From Macrostomum lignano (lineage: Eukaryota), in NCBI GenBank assembly GCA_002269645.1, contig NIVC01002143.1, forward strand, positions 1 through 40,726: a DNA stretch of 40,726 nt, read 5' to 3'. Of the stretch, positions 32,067-40,726 are shown in pieces. Every line of letters starts with the position of its first letter. Positions within the stretch are counted from its first letter, which is position 1. A program made the position numbers and the translations under genes. The notes under the pieces are model-generated. The model was not told the DNA's origin and searched no databases. It saw only the letters and a program-made list of their open reading frames with translations.

Positions 32067-32641
32067 TGTTGATATGGCGGTTACTTTATTGTAAATACAT
32101 TGTAATAATATCACTGGTTCCTATTCTTTAAATTAAATACTCGACATTGCTTCGCTTTACTATTTAATCTAACCGTTAATGCCTGATAGCAGAGAAGACT
32201 TGAAAAAGCCATAGAACAATACTTTTAAGCGAGCCCCTCAGATTTTTTGCCATGAACTGGCTCGTTTCGCGTCCCGAGGGTTTTAGTTGTCCCTGACTCT
32301 ATACTTTATACATGTACGTGGCCGGTAGCATGGCATATTGTTTAACATTACACTCGCGCTAGAGCAGAGTATGCTGTGCAGGAGATCTAAATGCCTAACT
32401 ATATGTATGTACTGCCCATGCAGTGAAGTCCATGGGGAGGCCGCGGCAATTCCATGGCACCACCTCTCGGCTTGTTTACTGCATTCACACCAGAGATTTC
32501 ACCGTTCAGATGCAGTTTGAGAAATTAATTTTAGCCATTGCAGCACAAGAATTATCCCATTTGTAGGAACCTAAAGCTTAGAGCAGTCTGCAAATACCAC
32601 AAAAAATTAGCGAGAGCTTCAACAACAGCAAATCCGCAACA

Positions 32642-33436
32642 ATGCAGATGGCAGCGGCGGATACCAAAGAGAAATTCATCAGCACCGCAGGTGTCCAATC
32701 TGGACAGCGAGAGAGTTTACGCCTGCTCTCGCCATACGGCTGCATAATGAAAATAATTTTATCGCTTTGGCCTAGCGACAGGCAACTGCTGGCTGAGTCG
32801 GAGCTGCAGATGCTGCGCAAGTCAGCTGCAGAAATATCAGACGTTCACGACTTTACTAAGCTGCTATGGTTGGACCTGAATGTGAAGACTTATTATGAGT
32901 ATGTGAACCGTCACAAATCCCAAGTGAAGCAATGCTATCAGCTATTCAACGGTGTAATGGTGGGCCAAGTGAAGAAGATTCTGCTAACAAAAGGCTGCCT
33001 AACACCGGAGCTTCAGCCGGAGCTGGATCCCACGGATGAACAGATCGATCGACACGATGACAGCAAGTTCGAGTTTGTTGAGACAGTAACCTACGCGCAG
33101 CGCTGGTACCCCAGCAACCAACTGGGCCAACCAGATGAAGAGGCCTGGCAGAGAGGCCTGCAGCTGCACTACAGCCGCAACGAGCATCATCCGCAGTACT
33201 GGCAGGGCCGACCCATGACCTGGCGCTACCTGTTGGAATCTGTGTACGACATGTCCGCCATGGAGCTGGAGCGGCGATTCTTTGGCACAGTGCCGAAAGA
33301 TTGTGCTATTCAACTGCTGCAATTCCAGCCCGTGCATTTGGACAGATATTGCTGCACTGGACAGCGAGGCTTGATCTGCCGGCTGCTGGCAGTGGCTATT
33401 GAACAGGTGCAAAGTTTGCAAGAACACTTGGATTGA
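32642..33436 (+). CDS. Intronless HD-superfamily (DUF5662-like) putative phosphohydrolase, 264 aa
   Basis: Uninterrupted ORF. CAACAATG start context is identical to the RMDN1-like gene. Motif order RHKSQV ... RHDDSKF..E..Y ... W...LHYSRNEHHPQYW ... M...LLESVYD matches the H-HD-HH-D pattern I recall for DUF5662. The family assignment was not run. Confidence 0.7.
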   Translation: MQMAAADTKEKFISTAGVQSGQRESLRLLSPYGCIMKIILSLWPSDRQLLAESELQMLRKSAAEISDVHDFTKLLWLDLNVKTYYEYVNRHKSQVKQCYQLFNGVMVGQVKKILLTKGCLTPELQPELDPTDEQIDRHDDSKFEFVETVTYAQRWYPSNQLGQPDEEAWQRGLQLHYSRNEHHPQYWQGRPMTWRYLLESVYDMSAMELERRFFGTVPKDCAIQLLQFQPVHLDRYCCTGQRGLICRLLAVAIEQVQSLQEHLD

Positions 33437-33520
33437 AATAATTATTCTTTAATGGGTTTCTGGGAAAGCGCGTCTCTGAAGCTCTAGCGATGGATTGGCA
33501 AACTTATTTGTGGTTTGTAG

Positions 33521-33835
33521 CAGGGGCGGCGCCATGGATTTTATGGTGGGGGGACAAAGCCAAGAATTCTACATGTACAAAACTATAAATTTTTAGAATC
33601 AGTGCTCATTTTGGCGCCGCATGCACTCATATAGGCGCCGCAGGCACTCATTTTAGCGCCGCAGGCACTCATTTTAGCGCCGCATGCACTCATTTTAGCG
33701 CCGCATGCACTCATTTTAGCGCCGCATGCACTCATTTTAGCGCCGCATGCACTTATTTTAGCGCCGCATGCACTCATTTTAGCGCCGCATGCACTCATTT
33801 AGCGCCGCATGCACTTTTTTGGCGCCGCAGGCGCT
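33521..33835 (-). mobile_element. Truncated second copy of the minisatellite-carrying MITE family (one terminus plus ~11 units)
   Basis: CAGGGGCGGCGCCATGGATTTTATGGTGGGGGGACAAAGCCAAGAATT aligns to the reverse complement of 4685-4738, followed by the same 21-bp repeat. The other terminus was not found. Confidence 0.75.
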
Positions 33836-34306
33836 ATTAAGTACAGAATAAGAATGTGTACTATGTAAAAATTCGAAGCTTCAAATTATTATTTTTTTAA
33901 AGTTAACGAGAATTTTGTTAAACCTTTGAACAGGTAAACTTAGAATAATTGATTAGAAATTTTTACTGCAGCAAATTGGTTTTCTGTTGGGATCGGTGGA
34001 GCCAGAGCCAGAGTACAAATTTTCAGTTCAGAGAAAGTTGAGTTAAACCGAGGACTTGTCCAGTTCATGAAAATACGATCTCATTTATTTGCTTTACTAA
34101 TTTTTTCCTCAACCCAGTCAATTTTACGTATTTGTTTATAAGTCTCTATATTGCGCTGGAAAAATGTAACCCCAGTCAGATAACATTTTGTGTACACAGC
34201 ATTAACACGTGACTTTATGGACATCTGCACACTATCCAGTCACTACTTGCAGTAATATATTACTAAACTAATCGCTATTCTCATTCAGCAAGTGAAAAAA
34301 TTGCAG

Positions 34307-34808
34307 GGGCCGATTTCACAAAGAAACTACAAGTGACAAGTCGACAAATGACAAGTGACATGTGTCAACGATTTTGGTTTCATAAACATGGGTCTTTGCT
34401 CGTGTTAAAAATAACTCAATTTTATGTCTATGGTTGAGATACCATATGAAATCGATCCAGCCTTTAGACCACAGACCACAATTTTAGGATCTGAGTTTTA
34501 GACAGACTTGCTTTCAAGACGGCCTCTGCGTTCTTTTCGGGCTTGAATACACAGCTTTAGTAAAGCTACAAGTGTCACAGCGACTTGTCAAAAAACACAA
34601 GGAAGTCTTTTCTCACAGAAGCATCCAGCTTAGTGCATGTCTATGGACGAAACCCCCGAAGAAGCGCTTGTAATTTGTCAAATTTCGCTTGTCACTTGTA
34701 ACTTGTCGATTTGTCAAGTTGTAGCTTGTTTTTATGAAACGCATTATTTTGAGGAATTGTCACTTGTCACTTGTAATTTGTCCGACAAGTGCTTTATGAA
34801 ATAGGCCC
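34307..34808. mobile_element. PIF/Harbinger-type MITE, 502 bp
   Basis: TIRs GGGCCGATTTCACAAAG / GGGCCTATTTCATAAAG (15/17); 3-bp TSD CAG (34304-34306 / 34809-34811); subterminal ACAAGTGAC / GTCACTTGT repeats. Confidence 0.8.
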
Positions 34809-35342
34809 CAGCTGTTGAAACTGCAAAATTGAAAGCAAAATCTTCAGAAGCGATAAGAAGCAACTAACCTGAGCAGTTTGTCTAAATATTTTCAGAAACG
34901 AAATCTGTCGGGCTCATAAAATCTTTTTTCATACAACTTTGAAAACAATTTTTTAAATCAGTTGACTTTATTTTCATGAAAAGAAAGTCTGGGATTCATT
35001 CTTAGAAATCCTGGTCAGCAAACTATAACAAATAAATTAGAAATAAAATAAAGTGAGTGAAATTTTCTAAACAAATCTCTTTATTGTCCACAAAGCATAT
35101 ATTGAATGTAGCGAGAATAAGCCTGTCTATGAATTATTAAAATTACGGTTTTATTACGATAACAATTTTATTTAACTACGCGGAATTTTGTCCTGTCAAA
35201 ACAAGCGGAGATTGGCTACAATTGCTAGAATGGAAAAAATCGTTATTGCGGAAGCGAAGGAATAACCGGAATCTGCGCTAACGCAAACTTTTAGTCTCTT
35301 ATATAACGGTTAATGGGAACACCAGCACACCATTCGGTTCAA

Positions 35343-38300
35343 TCAGCACTTCTTCATCAGGCTGGCCGCTTCCTTTTTGGCCTGAAAATTTCCATGCAAA
35401 GCGAGGGCTGCAAGCTATGTAACACTGCAAAATGGCATTGCTGTTGCGGCATCACAATGCTTTAGGCCCCCAGCATCTGGGAGGCTGGCACAGCAACTGA
35501 GGATCTGGGAGGCAGTGGCACAGCAGCTGAGGATCTGGGAGGCTGGCCCAGCAACTGAGGATCTGGGAGGCTGGCCATTAACTGAGGATTTGCGAGGCTG
35601 GCCCAGCAACTGAGGATCTGGGAGGCTGGCCCAGCAACTGACACTCTGGGAGGCTGGCCCAGCAACTGACACTCTGGGAGGCTGGCCCAGCAACTGACAC
35701 TCTGGGAGGCTGGCCCAGCAACTGAGAATTTGGGAAGCTGGCCCAGCAACTGACACTCTGGGAGGCTGGCCCAGCAACTGACACTCTGGGAGGCTGGCCC
35801 AGCAACTGACACTCTGGGAGGCTGGCCCAGCAACTGACACTCTGGGAGGCTGACCCAGCAACTGAGAATTTGGGAAGCTGGCCCAGCAACTGACACTCTG
35901 GGAGGCTGGCCCAGCAACTGACACTCTGGGAGGCTGGCCCAGCAACTGACACTCTGGGAGGCTGGCCCAGCAACTGACACTCTGGGAGGCTGGCCCAGCA
36001 ACTGACACTCTGGGAGGCTGGCCCAGCAACTGACACTCTGGGAGGCTGGCCCAGCAACTGACACTCTGGGAGGCTGGCCCAGCAACTGAGAATTTGGGAA
36101 GCTGGCCCAGCAACTGAGGAACTGGCAAGGTGACGGTAGAAGCTGATGACCTATGAGGCTCTCAGGTTAATGCATAAATATGGACAGCTGAAAGTCAATC
36201 AACCTGAAAAATATAATACAACAGCTCACCTCTCGATCATCGTGTCCGTCAGCCTCGTGGTTGATGGTCTTCTGAAAGAACTCCTTCGCCTCCGGCAGCT
36301 TTTTAAGCTGATAATAGGCCTTGCCGATGTAGTTCAGGTTGGAGGCGTAGAAATTCGGACTGGCTGCAATGTGAAAAAGGCATTCAGTCCGTCCGCAAAA
36401 ATTACGTCGAGAATTAAGAAGGCTGCGAACACAGATCCCGAAGCTTAGAGTGCAGACCCGGCTAAATTCGGGATTAAAGTAATTAGAGTCCGAATGACGA
36501 AATTCGACCTGATCGTGACAGCTAGAAGTAGAACCCAGATCCTGACATCTAGAATTCTAGATCTCAGGTACTGACAACAGACAGCTAGATTCCTGATCCT
36601 GACAGCTAGATCCCTGATCCTGACAGCTAGATCCCTGATCCTGACAGCTAGATCCCTGATCCTGACAGCTAGATTCCTGATCCTGACAGCTAGATCCCTG
36701 ATCCTGACAGCTAGATCCCTGATCCTGACAGCTAGATCCCTGATCCTGACAGCTAGATCCCAAATACTGACAGCCAGAACCTAGATCATGACAGTCAGAT
36801 CCCTGATCCTGACAGCTAGAACACATCTTGGCAGCTAGAGCCCAGATCCTGACAGCTAGATCCCAAATACTGACAGCCAGAACCTAGATCATGACAGTCA
36901 GATCCCTGATCCTGACAGCTAGAACACATCTTGGCAGCTAGAGTCCAGATCCTTGTAGTGTCTGTCTATCGGTTAGCTCGTACTCGCACTCCTCAGTCCC
37001 ACCAGGCACCGGTCTTTGTCTAGCCGTTACAGTCATCACTGTACGGCCAATGCACGCACAAGTCCTATGCACAAGTCTGTCTGTCTGCACCCCGCACCCC
37101 CAACAAGCATAGGCCTGCCGGTTGTCTTCCCCCAAGCCGGCACGCCGACCAGCTGCGGCCACGAACTACGCCGACGCCGCTAGCCGCCAGCCGCCTGTCG
37201 ACTGAGACCGGCGACGTGACGGACCGAGCCGGCGATGAGGCCGGCGACGCGGAGTTCGCCAGCTCGGCCCCTGAAGTTGATTCGGGCCAGCCGGCGAGGG
37301 ACGTCGAATCGCCGCAGATGCGCCGCTCAGCGCGAACGCGACAGGAACCGGACCGGCTGCTGTACACTAAACCGGGAACTCCCGGATGTGACTGATTAGA
37401 GACAATCGCGTTTTGGTAGGGAAGGGGAAAACTGTAGTGTCTGTCTATCGGTTAGCTCGTACTCGCACTCCTCAGTCCCACCAGGCACCGGTCTTTGTCT
37501 AGCCGTTACAGTCATCACTGTACGGCCAATGCACGCACAAGTCCTATGCACAAGTCTGTCTGTCTGCACCCCGCACCCCCAACAAGCATAGGCCTGCCGG
37601 TTGTCTTCCCCCAAGCTGGGAAGCAGAGAGAGATAAATAAAGAAGCCCGAGGCCTGGCGCCTCTGTAAGAAGCTACGAACCAAGATCGAGCTGGCCTACG
37701 AGGCTCACACACACGCTCGTGCACAATCTTATTCTTATTCATTTGGAGCTAGACTCCACAATCCTGACAGCTAGATCCCTGATCCTGACAGTCAGATCCC
37801 AGATCCTGACAGTCAGAACCCTGATCCTGACAGCTAGATCCCTGATCCTGACAGCTAGATCCCTGATCCTGACAGCTAGATTCCTGATCCTGACAGCTAG
37901 ATCCCTGATCCTGACAGCTAGATCCCTGATCCTGACAGCTAGATTCCTGATCCTGACAGCTAGATCCCTGATCCTGACAGCTAGATCCCTGATCCTGACA
38001 GCTAGATTCCTGATCCTGACAGCTAGAACACATCTTGGCAGTTAGAGTCCAGATCCTGACAGCTAGATCCCAAATACTGACAGCCAGAACCTAGATCATG
38101 ACAGTCAGATCCCTGATCCTGACAGCTAGAACACATCTTGGCAGTTAGAGTCCAGATCCTGACAGCTAGATCCCAGATACTGACAGCCAGAACCTAGATC
38201 ATGACAGTCAGATCCCTGATCCTGACAGCTAGAACACATTTTGGCAGCTAGAGCCCAGATCCTGACAGCTAGAACACATCTTGGCAGTTAGAGTCCAGAT

Positions 38301-39813
38301 CCTGACAGCTAGATCCCAAATACTGACAGCCAGAACCTAGATCATGACAGTCAGATCCATGATCCTGACAGCTAGAACACATTTTGGCAGCTAGAGCCCA
38401 GATCCTGACAGCTAGAACACATCTTGGCAGTTAGAGTCCAGATCCTGACAGCTAGATCCCAAATACTGACAGCCAGAACCTAGATCATGACAGTCAGATC
38501 CTTGATCCTGACAGCTAGAACACATTTTGGCAGCTAGAGCCCAGATCCTGACAGCTAGATCCCAAATACTGACAGCCAGAACCTAGATCATGACAGTCAG
38601 ATCCATGATCCTGACAGCTAGAACACATTTTGGCAGCTAGAGCCCAGATCCTGACAGCTAGAACACATCTTGGCAGTTAGAGTCCAGATCCTGACAGCTA
38701 GATCCCAAATACTGACAGCCAGAACCTAGATCATGACAGTCAGATCCATGATCCTGACAGCTAGAACACATTTTGGCAGCTAGAGCCCAGATCCTGACAG
38801 CTAGATCCCAAATACTGACAGCCAGAACCTAGATCATGACAGTCAGATCCATGATCCTGACAGCTAGAACACATTTTGGCAGCTAGAGCCCAGATCCTGA
38901 CAGCTAGAACACATCTTGGCAGTTAGAGTCCAGATCCTGACAGCTAGATCCCAAATACTGACAGCCAGAACCTAGATCATGACAGTCAGATCCCTGATCC
39001 TGACAGCTAGAACACATCTTGGCAGTTAGAGTCCAGATCCTGACAGCTAGATCCCAAATACTGACAGCCAGAACCTAGATCATGACAGTCAGATCCCTGA
39101 TCCTGACAGCTAGAACACATCTTGGCAGCTGGAGCCCAGATCCTGACAGCTAGAAACCAGACAACTAGAATCCAGAATATCGGATCTCAACAAATTCGAG
39201 TCCAGATTCCGACTATTTATAATAGCCAAATGCCAACACACTACATCAGGATCCAATTACAGAAAAGGCCTCGCTAACCTTTCTCAGCGCGCAGCAGATA
39301 CTCGAGCGCCTCCTCGTAGGTTGAAGTGGGCGGCTTAGCAAAGAATGCGGCAGCCATGTTCCGCTGCAGCCAGGACAGATTGGCCACCTCGTAGCACCAG
39401 ACTCCGAGGCAGTGCAGCACAACTGCATCGTCCGGCTTCTTATCCAAGGCCTTAGTGAAATGCTCTTTAACAAGGAAAGAGTTCTCAATGCGCTTCTTAG
39501 TGCCCTCAAATCGGCCAGTCAGGTCAAGCAGGATGCCCATCCATTTGTGGCAGGACCAGTTGTCCGGCTCGGCTGCCAGGCCCTTTTTAGCCGATTCGAA
39601 GGCCTCGTAGATGAGCGCCTTGCGCTGCTCCTCGCTGTCTGGGCAGCGGTTGGCCAGGCCGCGGCATTCGCGCGCCAGGCGCCAATAGATTTCGGCGCTC
39701 TCCCGGCCGGCGGCTAGCTCAGCTTTGAGCTGGTCGCGCGCCTCCTTCTCCTTGCCAGCCGAGTGCAACTCGTCTACAGCGGTTAGGATATCTGAGCTGG
39801 TGCTCTCTGCCAT
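35343..39813 (-). CDS. RMDN1: Regulator of microtubule dynamics protein 1-like (RMDN/FAM82, TPR fold), 3 exons, predicted 235 aa
   Basis: Exons: 39279-39813, 36230-36363, 35343-35381; phases 1 and 0 are consistent, total 708 nt. Motifs EIYWRLAR, CHKWMGI, KKRIENSFLVKEHF..A...P.D, LGVWCYEVANLSWLQR..A..FFAKPPTSTYEEAL, SPNFYASNLNYIGKAY. Confidence 0.9.
35471..36123. repeat. 28-bp minisatellite, array 3 (variant ...CAACTGACACT), in RMDN1-like intron 2
   Basis: Same core unit and orientation as 14084-14985. Confidence 0.93.
36530..39170. repeat. 21-bp-based minisatellite (GATCCCTGATCCTGACAGCTA) with 103/143-bp higher-order repeats, interrupted by an LTR element
   Basis: HOR marker AGATCCCAAATAC at 36755, 36858, 38065, 38168 (variant), 38311, 38454, 38557, 38700, 38803, 38946 and 39049. 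Confidence 0.92.
36954..37760 (+). mobile_element. Internally deleted Ty3/gypsy LTR retrotransposon (partial 5' LTR, integrase tail, PPT, full 3' LTR)
   Basis: TG...CA ends; 5-bp TSD ATCCT (36949-36953 / 37761-37765). 36954-37137 is identical by eye to 37433-37616. PPT GGTAGGGAAGGGGAAAA precedes 37433. 37138-37395 encodes RHADQLRPR...RRSARTRQEPDRL, a typical gypsy integrase tail. Confidence 0.88.
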
Positions 39814-40726
39814 TGTTGCTATGCAGGGGAAAGGCGCTGTGCAGAAGGGCCAAGGTAAAGGTAATCAAATTTTGCATCAGAGAGTTTGTCATGACACCAA
39901 AATTCTGGTGTTAAAGACTTAAGCAGTAGAGATTTTCAATACTATGTGCATATTGTAGTTATGATAAAAGGGGTCAAAAGTAAGACAAGTGGTTTTTTAT
40001 TTGCAATGCAAAAGGCTTTAGTGACCTAGGGAAGTTCTTAAGTCCCTAAGGTTAGGGTTTTAAATTGCAGATTTTCAAAATATGCACATGGTATTGTTGG
40101 GATAGTAGAGACTAAAGATAAGATAAATGCAATCCCTAGCATTTTTTGCATAGAAAATGAGATCTATTAATGACTAATAGGCAAAACTACATGATATTAC
40201 TTTAATGCCAAAGTTATAAGAAATTCATTAGTTATATAGATAGGCTAAAAGAAAAAATTAGACATGGCTAGGCCTATAGATATAGATATAGAAAAAATTG
40301 GTTATAGTGGAACCCAAGTTATTATAATAGGCTCTATCTATACTATGATGGTTTCTAATAGCATTCCTACAAAAATTTGCTAGACAATAGGTATATCAAC
40401 AAAACAATATATCAACAAACATCATTTTTAAATAATCAATTACATGGCCTAATAAACTAAGATAGGCCTAGGCCTATATTAGTTAAGCACAAAAAACTGA
40501 AACTATATATAATAAAAATAAATAACAATGAGAAAATAGGGATAAGGATAGAAATAGAATGGAATAGACAAACTTATATTTTATATTGATTAGGCCTATA
40601 TATATCAAATTTGTTGATTTTTAGCCTACTTTTTTAGCATGTTTTACCATTTCCATTTGGCTAGTTTTTAGTTTAGCTATTATTATTATTTAAGACTTTA
40701 TTATAAAATAGTTTCATAAAATGATA

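Larger units (their letters stand above)
28799..32295 (+). mobile_element. P-superfamily DNA transposon, 3497 bp
   Basis: 116-bp TIRs (28799-28914 / 32180-32295, one mismatch) starting CAGGGACAAC. Perfect 8-bp TSD ACTCTATA (28791-28798 / 32296-32303). Encodes a THAP plus P-type transposase. Confidence 0.95.

Noticed and set aside
36144-36200. Hammerhead-like CTGATGA...GAAA
   Set aside because: No supporting stems; lies across an intron of the RMDN1-like gene on the opposite strand.

Overview
Eukaryotic (metazoan) genomic DNA. High-GC3 exons, ~90-nt GTGAG/GTAAG introns and dense minisatellites suggest a free-living flatworm such as Macrostomum; this is inference, not verified. Host genes: the last exon of a RIM/UNC-10 gene (+, 485-703); a complete 12-exon IR25a-like ionotropic receptor (-, 6260-11552); a 6-exon PTDSS2 phosphatidylserine synthase (-, 17994-25807); an intronless 264-aa HD-domain/DUF5662-like gene (+, 32642-33436); and a 3-exon RMDN1-like TPR gene (-, 35343-39813). 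Mobile DNA: a young but frameshifted 3.5-kb P-superfamily element (116-bp TIRs, perfect 8-bp TSD), an internally deleted Ty3/gypsy element with a 5-bp TSD, a Harbinger MITE, a 9-bp-TSD MITE, a minisatellite-carrying MITE family (2 copies), tRNA/CORE SINEs, an RTE fragment, and more than a dozen tandem arrays. The most unusual signals are three. (1) Sharply bounded, almost CpG-free, TpA/TAGGCCTA-rich domains lie immediately 5' of both housekeeping start codons; each start codon has a splice-acceptor AG just before it, and an inserted MITE in one domain records the C-to-T decay. (2) The intronless HD-domain gene belongs to a family I know mainly from bacteria and viruses. (3) Several unrelated minisatellites around PTDSS2 carry CCAAT/NF-Y boxes. 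All exon structures, counts and alignments were done by hand.
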